NCBI GenBank assembly: GCA_041916575.1
Contig: JAYRZI010000002.1
Coordinates: 21,117-85,116, forward strand
DNA length: 64,000 bases
Direction of reading: 5' to 3'
Origin: Haliangiales bacterium
Lineage (GTDB): Bacteria > Myxococcota_A > Polyangia > Haliangiales > Haliangiaceae
The notes under the pieces: model-generated
Databases searched by the model: none
What the model was told of the DNA's origin: nothing
The model's input: only the letters and a program-made list of their open reading frames with translations
Part shown: piece after piece, positions 41,037-50,809 of the stretch
How positions within the stretch are numbered: position 1 is the stretch's first letter
Layout of the letters: every line of letters begins with the position of its first letter
Program-made: the position numbers and the translations under genes

Positions 41037-42142
41037 CGCTCACGATCTTCACGCTGTTCGACAAGCTCTTGGCCCAGGGCGGCTCCGATCTTCATCTCGC
41101 GCCTGGCTACCCGCCGATGATGCGGGTGCGCGGCGATCTGGTGCCGGCGGCGGGCCTGCCCGAGCTCGACGCGCGCGCGGTGCAAGAGCTGCTCTACTCC
41201 GTCACCACCGCCGAGCAGCGCGCCCACTTCGAGAGCACCGGCGATCTCGATTTCGCCTACGCCTATGGTGACAAGGCGCGCTTCCGCGGCAACTTGCTGC
41301 GCAAGCTGGCCGGCGTAGGCGGAGTGTTTCGCACCATCCCCAGCAAGATCCTCACCCTCGATCAGCTCTCGGTGCCGGCCGGCATCCGGCGGCTGGCCGA
41401 GCTTCGCGCCGGGCTGGTGCTGGTGACGGGACCCACCGGCAGCGGTAAGTCCACCACGCTGGCGGCGATGATCGATCACCTCAACAGCACGCGCCGCGGC
41501 CACATCTTGACCATCGAGGATCCGGTGGAGTTCGTGCACGTCGCCAAGAGCTGCCTGGTCTCGCACAAGGAGGTTGGCGAGCACGTGCCGAGCTTCCTCG
41601 AGGCCATCCGCAGCGCGGGGCGCGAGAACGCGGATGTCATCCTGGTCGGCGAGCTGCGCGGCGCCGAGACCATGAAGCTGGCGCTGCAGCTCGCCAGCTT
41701 CGGCATCCTCATCTTCGCCACCGTGCACACCAACTCGGCAGCCGCCACCATCGATCGCTTCGTCAACGCGTTCCCCGCCGACCAGCAGCCGCAGATCCGC
41801 GGCCTCTTGGCCGATTCGCTGGCCGGGGTGGTGGCGCAGCAGCTCCTCAAGCGCGCCGACGGCTCCGGCCGCGTCGCGGTGCATGAGATCCTCGTCGGTA
41901 ACCTGGCGCTGTCGTCGCTCATCCGCGAGGGCAAGACCTCGCAGATCGCCAGCTTCATCCAGGCCGGCGCCGCCGAGGGCATGCAGACCATGGACTCCGC
42001 GCTCGATCGCCTGGTGCGGGACGGCGCGGTGCGCGCGGCCGACGCGCTGGAGAAGGCCATCGACAAGGAGTCGTTCTCCAGGCTGCCGCACATCGCGCGC
42101 GAGCTGACGCCAGAGAGCGCCACGCTCGGCGCGCCAGTGTAG
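41033..42142 (+). CDS. pilT: Twitching motility ATPase PilT
   Basis: Canonical PilT: LVTGPTGSGKSTT, ILTIEDPVEF, VILVGELRGAET, ATVHTNSAAATIDR. ATGA overlap with the upstream paralog. Confidence 0.85.
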   Translation: MTLTIFTLFDKLLAQGGSDLHLAPGYPPMMRVRGDLVPAAGLPELDARAVQELLYSVTTAEQRAHFESTGDLDFAYAYGDKARFRGNLLRKLAGVGGVFRTIPSKILTLDQLSVPAGIRRLAELRAGLVLVTGPTGSGKSTTLAAMIDHLNSTRRGHILTIEDPVEFVHVAKSCLVSHKEVGEHVPSFLEAIRSAGRENADVILVGELRGAETMKLALQLASFGILIFATVHTNSAAATIDRFVNAFPADQQPQIRGLLADSLAGVVAQQLLKRADGSGRVAVHEILVGNLALSSLIREGKTSQIASFIQAGAAEGMQTMDSALDRLVRDGAVRAADALEKAIDKESFSRLPHIARELTPESATLGAPV

Positions 42143-43339
42143 CTACTGCAGCAGGGCGCTGAGGTCTTGCTCGGCGCGCTCGGCCACCGAGCGATTGACC
42201 TGCGCCATCACCCGCGTCTTGGCGGTGTGCAGGAAGTACTCCACGATCGGCGGCGGCGGGTTGGCCGGATCGCCGGTACCATCGGTCGGCATCTCGGCCG
42301 CGCGGGTGCGCTTGAACACCTTGACCTCACCGAGCGCGTTGCCCTTGCCGTCGCGGTAGGCCAGCGTAAGGACCGGGGTGAGGTCCGACATCTTGACCGC
42401 TGGATCGAAGCTGGTGGGCTGGAGGTTCAGCGTGTTGTCGACGAAGTTGGCCAGCGTCTGATCGACCTTCTTGGTGGCCGCATCGCCCCACTTCTCCGAG
42501 GCCTGACCATCGGCCGAGGTGCTGGCCACACGGACCGCGGTGCGGGTCTTGCCGCCGGCGGTGATGGTCACTTGCTTGGCCTCGGCGAGCTCGAAGCCGC
42601 GCGGATCGGCCAGCCGCAGCATGGTGAAGCCGCCCTCGAGCGAGGACAGAAGCTCGCGCGAGAACACGTAACCCTTGCCGGTGGCGCTCTCGAGCACGTA
42701 GCGGTCGCTGCCGCCGTAGACCTGGCCACCGATCACGAACGTGCGGTCGCCATCGGCGAAGGACACGGTCATCGTGGTCTTCTGATCCTCGAGCTTGTAG
42801 GTCTTCTTGTCGGCCTCGGAGACCGTGCCGAGGCTGCGCATCACCCGCGCCGAAGCCATCAGCTTGACCAGCTTGTCCACCGCGTCGCCGGTGGGGAACT
42901 CGGTGACGTTGCGGACCTCCTCCATCTCCGGCTCGGCGGGCTTGGCCGGCTCGGCGGGCTTGGTGGGGTCCGCGGGCTTGGTGGCATCGGCGGGCTTGGT
43001 GGGGTCCGCGGGCTTGGAGTCTGCTGGCTTGGTGGCGTCGGCGGGCTTGGTGGGGTCCGCGGGCTTGGTGGCATCCGCGGGGGCCGGCGCCGGCTTGGGC
43101 CGCTTGCTGATGGTGGTCTCGAGGCCCCACCAGTACTCGCCGCCGCCATCGGTGCGCTTCTCCAGGCGCACGATGCGGCCCTCGGCCTTGTACTCGACGG
43201 ACTTGAGGTCGCTGGCCGACTTCTGCCACAGCGAGATCGAGCCCACGTCGGGCGACACCGAGGTGTCGCGCGTCCACGTCCGGTATCCGTACACCAGCAT
43301 GACCAGGAGCAGAGCTCCGTGAATGAGCGCGGCCTTCAT
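42143..43339 (-). CDS. DUF4340-like protein (auxiliary component of GldG-type ABC systems) with an internal (KPADxTKPADx) tandem repeat
   Basis: TM anchor MKAALIHGALLLVMLVYGY, a repeat tract PAPADATKPADPTKPADATKPADSKPADPTKPADATKPADPTKPAEPAKPAEP, then a beta-rich domain. Translationally coupled (ATGA) to the gldG-like gene. Confidence 0.65.
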   Translation of the reverse strand: MKAALIHGALLLVMLVYGYRTWTRDTSVSPDVGSISLWQKSASDLKSVEYKAEGRIVRLEKRTDGGGEYWWGLETTISKRPKPAPAPADATKPADPTKPADATKPADSKPADPTKPADATKPADPTKPAEPAKPAEPEMEEVRNVTEFPTGDAVDKLVKLMASARVMRSLGTVSEADKKTYKLEDQKTTMTVSFADGDRTFVIGGQVYGGSDRYVLESATGKGYVFSRELLSSLEGGFTMLRLADPRGFELAEAKQVTITAGGKTRTAVRVASTSADGQASEKWGDAATKKVDQTLANFVDNTLNLQPTSFDPAVKMSDLTPVLTLAYRDGKGNALGEVKVFKRTRAAEMPTDGTGDPANPPPPIVEYFLHTAKTRVMAQVNRSVAERAEQDLSALLQ

Positions 43340-45336
43340 GGCTTGACCTCCCGAGCCGGCGCGGCCTTCTTGCGGCGCCGGCGAGCCATCGTTGCAGTGA
43401 GCCCCAGCCCGAGCACGGCGAGCGGCAGGCCCACGATGATGAGCAGAAACCACCTCTTCTCCTGATCCTTGCTGTGCTGGATCGGCTTGTCCTCCTCGGT
43501 GACTACCTCGCCGGCGAAGAACTCCTCGCCGCCGAGCCAGCGCACCGCATCCTCGAGGACCGGCCCGCCGATCATCACCAGCGCGCGCCGGCCGAAGCCG
43601 TCATCGACCACCGCGTCGGCGAACAGGTCGGCATCGGCGTAGAGCATGGTGCGGAAGCCATCCTGCTCCTTGCCATCGGCGCCCTTGCGCTTGGGGCCCT
43701 CGATGGCGGCGGCGACGTTGTAGCGATCGCGCTTCTCGGCGGCCTGGCCGGCCGCCGGCTTGTCATCGAGCTCGTAGTTGCTCACGCGGTCGAGCCAGGA
43801 GGTCTCGGCCGAGCGGATGACCACCGTCTTCTTGGGCTTGTCGGCACCCAGCTCGGGAGCGAACTCGACCTCGAACAGCGCGCCCGAATCGACCAAGGGC
43901 AGGCCGGCCTCGCTCATGCGCGACAGCGCGGTGGTCGAGGCGTGCGAGGAGAACTGGGTGGTGATGACGACCCGGCGATCGGCATCGGTGCCGCGCAGCC
44001 GCAGGTAGCGATCCTTGTCGGTGAGCGAGGCTGCGTCGAAACGGAAGCCCAGCCGACCCTCGAGCTTGCCCATGGTGGCCAGGCTCTTGGGGTCCATCGC
44101 CATGAGCAAGCGTCCGCCCTTGGCCAGGTAGCGATCGAGCGCTTCGAGCTCGGCGGCCTGAAGCGGCTGCACCGGGCCCAGCACGATGACCACCGTGGCA
44201 TCTTCGGGAACGTCGCGCGCCAGATCGATGAGCCCGAGGTTCTTGACCTCGTAGCCCAGATCCGCCAGGCGACGGCGGAACACCTGCACCTGGCGCGGCG
44301 GCACCTCGAAGGGCACCGAGCGATCGATGGTGCTCGGGTCGTTGATCTCGCCGTGGCCCACCGTCAGGTAGGCCTTGCGGCGCTCGCGCACCAGCTTGAG
44401 CAGGCGCGTGTTGACCTCGCGGTCCAGGTTGCGCAGCGTGGTGTTGGTGCGGAACGCGGCCCGCGCTCGCTTGAAATCGACGTCGAGCTCGAGGGTCTCG
44501 CTCTTGTCGCCGCGGATGAGCACCACGACGCCATCTTTGTTGACGCGGTACTTGGTGGCCAGGTCGGCGGAGACCATGCGATCGTGCTCTTCGATCTGGA
44601 CCTTGCCGGTGGCGCCGGCCAGCGTCGAGAAGTAGGTGCGCACCTCGTCTTTGACCTCGTTCACCGAGGGGAAGAACAGCAGCACCTTGAGCGGCTCGGG
44701 CAGCGACTTGGTGATGTTGATGCTCGACACGCCGGGCGCCGAGGTCCGAAAGTAGCTCACGTCCTTGCTGACGTTGCGCTCCTCGGCGACCCGGCAGGTG
44801 ACCATGGCGAAGGCGATGGCGAAGGCCACGGTGAGCCCGGACCAGCCGATCTCTCGCACCCGCAGGTACTCGACTGCCTCGTCGCCATCGCGCGCCGGGG
44901 CCAGCGACAGCGACTCGCGCCGCGCGGTTCCGAGCGAGAGCTCGATCATCGCCAGCGGCACGATGGAGGCCAGCATCACCACCAGGTACAGCACCGTCAT
45001 GGCGCCCTGGTAGCGCAGCTCGCCCTTGCCGGTGAGCGAGCTCATGCCGATCAGGCCCTGACCGGTGGGGGTGGTGAGCGCGTAGAGCAAGAGCGCGACC
45101 AGCGCGCCGAGCTGGCACAAGAGCAGGGTGCGCTCGACGCGGCGGCGGGCGTCGCGCGAGGCCAGCATGGCGTAGGCGCGCAGGCCGGTGGTGCCGAGCA
45201 CCAGCACCGTGCCGATGCCCGTGAAAAGGAGTCTCGAGCTACCGTCGTCGAGCGTGCGCTCGCCGACCAGCAGCAGAAAGAGCCCCACCCCAAAGAGGAG
45301 GGAGGCCCACCAGGGGGTGGCAGTTCTCATTGCCAT
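43336..45336 (-). CDS. GldG-like ABC-transporter auxiliary protein (uncharacterised ABC system of the gliding-motility type)
   Basis: 666 aa. N-terminal multi-TM region, large periplasmic domain, and a C-terminal TM followed by a basic tail (RRRRKKAAPAREVKP). Its order after the ABC-2 permease and ATPase matches gldA-gldF-gldG. Confidence 0.7.
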   Translation of the reverse strand: MAMRTATPWWASLLFGVGLFLLLVGERTLDDGSSRLLFTGIGTVLVLGTTGLRAYAMLASRDARRRVERTLLLCQLGALVALLLYALTTPTGQGLIGMSSLTGKGELRYQGAMTVLYLVVMLASIVPLAMIELSLGTARRESLSLAPARDGDEAVEYLRVREIGWSGLTVAFAIAFAMVTCRVAEERNVSKDVSYFRTSAPGVSSINITKSLPEPLKVLLFFPSVNEVKDEVRTYFSTLAGATGKVQIEEHDRMVSADLATKYRVNKDGVVVLIRGDKSETLELDVDFKRARAAFRTNTTLRNLDREVNTRLLKLVRERRKAYLTVGHGEINDPSTIDRSVPFEVPPRQVQVFRRRLADLGYEVKNLGLIDLARDVPEDATVVIVLGPVQPLQAAELEALDRYLAKGGRLLMAMDPKSLATMGKLEGRLGFRFDAASLTDKDRYLRLRGTDADRRVVITTQFSSHASTTALSRMSEAGLPLVDSGALFEVEFAPELGADKPKKTVVIRSAETSWLDRVSNYELDDKPAAGQAAEKRDRYNVAAAIEGPKRKGADGKEQDGFRTMLYADADLFADAVVDDGFGRRALVMIGGPVLEDAVRWLGGEEFFAGEVVTEEDKPIQHSKDQEKRWFLLIIVGLPLAVLGLGLTATMARRRRKKAAPAREVKP

Positions 45337-46052
45337 CGCTTCGCCTCCAGCGTCTTGACCGCGAGCAAGAGGAACACGTACGTCACCAGCAGGTAGTAGA
45401 TGACGTCACGTACGTTCACGATGCCCTTCATGAACCCGTTCTGAAAATGGATCCACCACAGATCGAGCTGAGACAGCGCGGTGCGCACCGGCTCCTCGAC
45501 GCGAGTGGAGAGCTGATACAGCATCAGCAGCGCGGTGGTGATGGCCGCTGCCACCACGTAGGCCACGAGCTGCTGGCGGGTGAGCGCGCTAGCGAACACG
45601 CCGATCGCGATCACCGCCGAGCCCAGCAGGAACAAGCCCAGGTAGCCGACGAAGATCTGCGACGCGGTGACCTTGCCGTTGACCTTGATGAGCAGCGGCA
45701 TGTAGATGGACAAGAGCAGCATCACCGCCAGGAAGGTGAGCGCAGAGAGGAACTTGCCGATGACGATCTCGCTGTCGCGCACCGGCGAGGTGTTGAGCAG
45801 CACCATCGCGTGGTTCTGCCGATCCTCCGAGATGAGGCGGCCGGAGAGCACCACCGCCATGAACATGGTGACGCCGCTGGTGCCCCAGAAGTACTTCTCG
45901 AGCACGGTGGCCGAGAGCAGCTCGCCGGTCATGGCCTGCGACTGAAACAGGATGCCATCGATGAGCAAGAGGGCGGAGGCGACGATCCAGCCCAGGGGGG
46001 AGCGCAGGTAGGCCCCCAGCTCGCGACGGTAGATGATGCTAATGGCTCGCAT
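45327..46052 (-). CDS. ABC-2 family transporter permease (GldF-like)
   Basis: 241 aa with six predicted TM helices. Overlaps the neighbouring genes at both ends. Confidence 0.75.
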   Translation of the reverse strand: MRAISIIYRRELGAYLRSPLGWIVASALLLIDGILFQSQAMTGELLSATVLEKYFWGTSGVTMFMAVVLSGRLISEDRQNHAMVLLNTSPVRDSEIVIGKFLSALTFLAVMLLLSIYMPLLIKVNGKVTASQIFVGYLGLFLLGSAVIAIGVFASALTRQQLVAYVVAAAITTALLMLYQLSTRVEEPVRTALSQLDLWWIHFQNGFMKGIVNVRDVIYYLLVTYVFLLLAVKTLEAKRWQ

Positions 46053-46989
46053 CGTTGCCTCCCACCAGACGGATGAACGTGGTCTCGAGCTCGCTCTTGG
46101 CGTGATCGAGCTTGAGCAGATCGAGCTTGCCCTCCACCACCGCGCGCGACACCTCGGCGCGGCAGTCGCGGCTGGTGGAGAGCGTGAAGGTCAGCCCGCC
46201 GCTCTGCTCGTAGGGCTCGGCGACCTTGGTCACCCCATCCACCGCGGCCAGCAGGGACTTCACGGAGGCGGCATCGAGATCCTTGGGCAGGCGCACCGTC
46301 GCGGTGACCTCGCGGATCTCGCTCTCCTTGCCGACCAGCTCGGCCTCGCTGCCCGAGCCCAGGAGCTGGCCCTTGCCGAGCACCAGGAGGCGGTCGCAGG
46401 TCTGGCTGATCTCGGTGAGGATGTGGCTCGAGATGAGCACGGTGTGGTGCTGCTTGAGGTCGTGGATGAGGTTTCTCATCTCGACGATCTGCACGGGATC
46501 GAGGCCGCGAGTGGGCTCATCGAGGATGAGGAACTTGGGGTTGTGCACGATGGCCTGGCCCACCCCGACGCGCTGGCGAAAGCCATGGGACAGCGTGCTG
46601 ATGACCTCGCCGGCGACCTCCGTTAGGTCGGTCGCGTCGAGCACCTCGGGCAGGCGTCGGGTGAGCTCGGCCTTGCTCATGCCGCGCAGCTCGCCGGCAA
46701 AGCGCAGGTAGTCGGCGACGGTCATGTCGGCATAGAGCGGCGGGTTCTCAGGCAGAAACCCGATGCGCTTGCGGACCTCGTGCGGGTCGGCGACGGCGTC
46801 GACGCCGCCGACCTCGATCGAGCCGGAGGATGGCCGCAGGTCGCATGCGAGGATGCGCAGGGCGGTGGTCTTTCCGGCGCCGTTGAGGCCGAGAAAGCCC
46901 ACGGTCTCGCCATCGGCGATCTCGAACGAGACCGGACCGAGCGCGCGTTTTCCGCCGTAGTACTTGGAGAGATTGCTGGCGCGGATCAT
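46039..46989 (-). CDS. ABC transporter ATP-binding protein (GldA-like)
   Basis: Walker A GFLGLNGAGKTT, signature LSHGFRQRV, Walker B LILDEPTRGLD. Confidence 0.85.
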   Translation of the reverse strand: MIRASNLSKYYGGKRALGPVSFEIADGETVGFLGLNGAGKTTALRILACDLRPSSGSIEVGGVDAVADPHEVRKRIGFLPENPPLYADMTVADYLRFAGELRGMSKAELTRRLPEVLDATDLTEVAGEVISTLSHGFRQRVGVGQAIVHNPKFLILDEPTRGLDPVQIVEMRNLIHDLKQHHTVLISSHILTEISQTCDRLLVLGKGQLLGSGSEAELVGKESEIREVTATVRLPKDLDAASVKSLLAAVDGVTKVAEPYEQSGGLTFTLSTSRDCRAEVSRAVVEGKLDLLKLDHAKSELETTFIRLVGGNDASH

Positions 46990-47317
46990 GTACCTACCTC
47001 GGGTGGAGTCTCCCAGGGGGGCAAAACGAATGGGGTTTCCAACATCTTTGAGGCTTCGTCAAGGGACTTGGGCGTTGGGTGCGAGGCAGCCTCGCTGGCG
47101 AGGCCCGTCAGACACCGCGCCCATGCCGGCCAGCCGTACCGAAGTGGCGCCCAAGTTTGTTCCCAGAAGGCGCGTCCTGGCCTGGGGTCAGCCGACCGCG
47201 CCGGATATAGCACATTGAAAGGAATCGGTTTTTTGCGCATCGCTTGGTGGCGCTGTGGTCACCGTTGGTGAGCGGCCGCAAGCGGTGATCGGCCCTCGTT
47301 TGCGGTACAACGGCCTG

Positions 47318-48460
47318 ATGCGACGGAAGCTGTTTTCCAATCTCGCTCTCGCGGTTTCGATCGTGGCTGCGGCCGGCTGTGGGTTCTCGGGGCAAGGACA
47401 AGAAGAGGCAAAGGAGGAGCCGCCGATAGTAGACAGCGATGGCGACGGGCACTTCGACTCGGTCGACAACTGCCCGACGGTGGCCAACCCCGACCAGAAG
47501 AACAGCGACACCGATGGGCGCGGCGATGCGTGCGACAACTGCTTGCTGGCCGCCAACGACGACCAGAAGAACAGCGACACCGACGCGCTGGGCGATGCCT
47601 GCGACAACTGCTTGCTGGTGGCCAACCCGCCGCAGGACACGATGACGTCGACCGGGATGGCGCTGGTGCAGCGCGATCACGATGGCGACGGGCGCGGCGA
47701 TGTCTGCGACCTCTGTCCGCACCTGGCCTCGGCGGCGCAGGACGAGGACACCGATGGCGATGGCATCGGCGCGCCGTGCGATCCGGACCCCGCGGTGAAA
47801 AACCCGCCGGCGGAGTTCTGGGGGTTCTACGAGATGCCGGCCATCACGGACTGGAACGTGCCGACGGCGGCGGCAGGGGCGCGCGCCGATTGGGAGATCG
47901 CAGCGACCGACGGCACGCGGCTGTGGCTCAAGCAGAAGAACGCGGCGCTGGGCTGGTACCAGCTTCACCGGCTCAAAGAGGTTCAGCGGCCGTGGGTGGA
48001 CGCGGTGGTGCGGGTAGAGGCGGTGGCGCCGGCCAACGGCAGCGATGACCTGCGCTCTTCGGGGGTCATCGTGTCGTACAACCAGAACGGCGGGACTCAC
48101 AACTACGGCGGCTGCGCGGTGCGGCGGGATGTCAACAACATCAACAACGACGTGTTGCTGGCTGCCATGTATGACGATGAGAACCTCCGCAACGGAGAGA
48201 GCCGGGGCACTGCCTGGGCCGGCGGCCTCCTGGCGCGGGATACCCATCTGCTCGGCAACGCGGTGCTGGTCGGCGCCAACGACTCGAACCAGATCTGCCG
48301 CGGCACGGCGGCGGGCACCGCGATGACCACCACCAACATCGGCAGCGTGCTGCGTCCCAGCGGACAGGTCGGGGTGCGCACCTACGGCTCGGTGGCGCTG
48401 TTCGACTACGTCTTCCTCGTCGACAACGTGGCCGCGCCGGCGGCCACTGAGGCGCCGTGA
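47318..48460 (+). CDS. Lipoprotein with thrombospondin-type-3 calcium-binding repeats and a C-terminal beta-rich domain (paralog A)
   Basis: Lipobox IVAAAGCG. Repeats DSDGDGHFDSVDNCPTVANPDQKNSDTDGRGDACDNC. Start trimmed to MRRKLF. Confidence 0.7.
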   Translation: MRRKLFSNLALAVSIVAAAGCGFSGQGQEEAKEEPPIVDSDGDGHFDSVDNCPTVANPDQKNSDTDGRGDACDNCLLAANDDQKNSDTDALGDACDNCLLVANPPQDTMTSTGMALVQRDHDGDGRGDVCDLCPHLASAAQDEDTDGDGIGAPCDPDPAVKNPPAEFWGFYEMPAITDWNVPTAAAGARADWEIAATDGTRLWLKQKNAALGWYQLHRLKEVQRPWVDAVVRVEAVAPANGSDDLRSSGVIVSYNQNGGTHNYGGCAVRRDVNNINNDVLLAAMYDDENLRNGESRGTAWAGGLLARDTHLLGNAVLVGANDSNQICRGTAAGTAMTTTNIGSVLRPSGQVGVRTYGSVALFDYVFLVDNVAAPAATEAP

Positions 48461-49326
48461 GCCGCAGGCTGGCTTGCTGGGGGCTTTGGGCGGTGCTCGG
48501 CTGCGGTGGCGCGGGCCAGGCATCGACCGTGGCCCCGGCGGCTCCGGCTGCCTCTCAGGAGACCCCGGCGCTGCGTGCCAGCAGCGCCGCCGAGCTCTCG
48601 CCAGCGCTGGCGCCGCTGTCCTGGCTGCTCGGCGACTGGCGCGGCGAGCACGGCAGCGAACACTGGATCGCCGCTGGCGGCGCGATCTACGGCGTGGCCT
48701 TCGATAGCGGCGGCGGCTTCGAGGTGCTCATCATCGACGATGCAGCCGGGGCGGGGCCGGCCGATGGCAAGCTACGCCTCTTGGCCATGCCCGGCGGCGC
48801 GCCAGCGGTCACCTTCGAGGCGATCGAGCAGTCGAACGAGCGTGTGGTGTTCGCCAACTCGGCCAACGACTTCCCCAAGCGGATCGAGTATCGGCGGTCC
48901 GGCACAGGCCTGGCCGCCGAGATCTCCGACGGAGCGCGCCGGGTGCCGTTTGCGTTCGAGGCGGTGCCGCCAGCGCTCGGCCCCGAGCTCGCGCGCGCAG
49001 ACCTGGCCTTCGCCGCCGACACCGCCGCGCGCGGCATCGACGGCTGGCTGGCCGCCTTCGAACCTGGCGGCTGGCAGCTCCTTGGCGGCAAGCAGGTCAG
49101 CGGCGAGGGCATTCGCGCCGCGATGGGGCCGTTCCTCGCGCAGACCCGCCTGACCTGGGCGCCCGCCGCCGACGGCGTGGCCGGCGCGCTCGGCTTCACC
49201 ATCGGCCACGCCACCTTCGAGAGCGCCAGCGCCTCGTGGCGCGGCACCTACGTCACCCTGTGGCACCGCCAAGCCGACGGCACCTGGAAGGTGCGCTTCG
49301 ACACCGGCCGCACCGTCAACGAGTAG
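48457..49326 (+). CDS. Hypothetical secreted/lipoprotein with two NTF2-like (DUF4440/SnoaL-like) halves
   Basis: Signal WAVLGCGG. Internal duplication of a ~120-aa module (…WLLGDWRGEHGSEHW… / …LAFAADTAARGIDGW…). Overlaps the upstream stop by 4 bp. Confidence 0.5.
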   Translation: MSRRLACWGLWAVLGCGGAGQASTVAPAAPAASQETPALRASSAAELSPALAPLSWLLGDWRGEHGSEHWIAAGGAIYGVAFDSGGGFEVLIIDDAAGAGPADGKLRLLAMPGGAPAVTFEAIEQSNERVVFANSANDFPKRIEYRRSGTGLAAEISDGARRVPFAFEAVPPALGPELARADLAFAADTAARGIDGWLAAFEPGGWQLLGGKQVSGEGIRAAMGPFLAQTRLTWAPAADGVAGALGFTIGHATFESASASWRGTYVTLWHRQADGTWKVRFDTGRTVNE

Positions 49327-49446
49327 CGCAGCCGACGATCGGACGGGGGTCCCCCCCACCGCACGCATGCCCGCTGCTCTGTATCGTGTGCCGAGCGCCG
49401 CGAGGAGGAAGGGAGTGCAGCGGGAAGGCTCTCTTCGGGGATTGCT

Positions 49447-50583
49447 TTGACCGAAGGGCTCGGCGAACGTAGGGCCATGGTGCGTGGTCGTCGTCTTTTG
49501 GAGCGCCACATCTTCCCGAGACAGGGGCTGGTCTCTCTTCTCATGCTAGGTGCGGCGATTCTGGCAGGGTGTAACTTTCCGCTGCCGATGGGGGAAGAGG
49601 GAGAGGAGGTGCCGTCGAAGGTGGACAGCGATGGGGACGGGCACGTCGACTCGGTCGACAACTGCCCCGGTGTGGCCAACCCCGACCAGAAGAACAGCGA
49701 CTCCGATGGGCGCGGCGATGCTTGCGACAACTGCTTGCTGGTGGCCAACCCGCCGCAGGAGACGATGACGTCGACCGGGATGGCGCTGGTGCAGCGCGAT
49801 CACGATGGCGACGGGCGCGGCGATGTCTGCGACCTCTGTCCGCACCTGGCCTCGGCAGCGCAGGACGTGGACGCCGATGGCGATGGCATCGGCGCGCCCT
49901 GCGATCCGGACCCCGCGGTGAAAAACCCGCCAGCGGAGTTCTGGGGGTTCTACGACATGCCGGCCATCACGGACTGGAACGTGCCGACGGCGGCGGCGGG
50001 GGCGCGCGCCGATTGGGAGATCGCGGTGACCGACGGCACGCGGCTATGGCTCAAACAGAAGAACCCGGTGCTGGGCTGGTACCAGCTTCACCGGCTCAAA
50101 GAATATCAGCGGCCATGGGTGGACGCGGTGATGCGGGTGGAGGCGGTGGCGCCGGCCAGCGGCGGCGATCTCCTGCGCTCTTCGGGAGTCATCCTGTCGT
50201 ACAACCAGAACGGCGGCACTCACAACTACGGCGGCTGCTCGGTGCGGCGGGATGTCAACAACCTCAGCAACGACATGCTGCTGGCGGCCACGTACGATGA
50301 TGAGATCCTCCGCAACGGAGAGAGCCGAGGCGTTGCCTGGGCGGGTGGCCTCCTGGCGCGCGACATTCACCTGGTTGGCAACGCGCTGCTGGTTGGTGCC
50401 AACGACTCGAACCAGATCTGCCGCGGCACGGCGGCGGGCACCGCGCTGACCACCACCAACATCGGCAGCGCGCTGCGCCCCGGCGGCCAGGTCGGGGTGC
50501 GCACCTACGGCTCGGTGGCGCTGTTCGACTACGTCTTCCTCGTCGACAACGTGGCCGCGCCAGCGCTTGCTGGAGCACGCTGA
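49447..50583 (+). CDS. Lipoprotein with thrombospondin-type-3 repeats (paralog B, one TSP3 unit shorter than paralog A)
   Basis: Lipobox ILAGCNF. Over 90% nucleotide identity to 47440..48460 across most of its length. Confidence 0.7.
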   Translation: MTEGLGERRAMVRGRRLLERHIFPRQGLVSLLMLGAAILAGCNFPLPMGEEGEEVPSKVDSDGDGHVDSVDNCPGVANPDQKNSDSDGRGDACDNCLLVANPPQETMTSTGMALVQRDHDGDGRGDVCDLCPHLASAAQDVDADGDGIGAPCDPDPAVKNPPAEFWGFYDMPAITDWNVPTAAAGARADWEIAVTDGTRLWLKQKNPVLGWYQLHRLKEYQRPWVDAVMRVEAVAPASGGDLLRSSGVILSYNQNGGTHNYGGCSVRRDVNNLSNDMLLAATYDDEILRNGESRGVAWAGGLLARDIHLVGNALLVGANDSNQICRGTAAGTALTTTNIGSALRPGGQVGVRTYGSVALFDYVFLVDNVAAPALAGAR

Positions 50584-50809
50584 GCCTCGGCTTGAGTGAA
50601 TCGGGGAGCGGCTCGTACCTCTCTACGCAGAAGATGATTGGTTAAGGGTGCCGAGGCGCGCCGAGCGCAAGTCGTCGCGACGAAGCGCTACCGGGCGTAC
50701 CGGGAGGAGCGGCAACGCGGAGATCTGCCATAGATCGGCAGCCTGGACCTCTGTGGAGAGATCCTAGCGGTTGGCGACGGCGAGGGGCATCCGCTGGTCA
50801 GCGGCGGCG

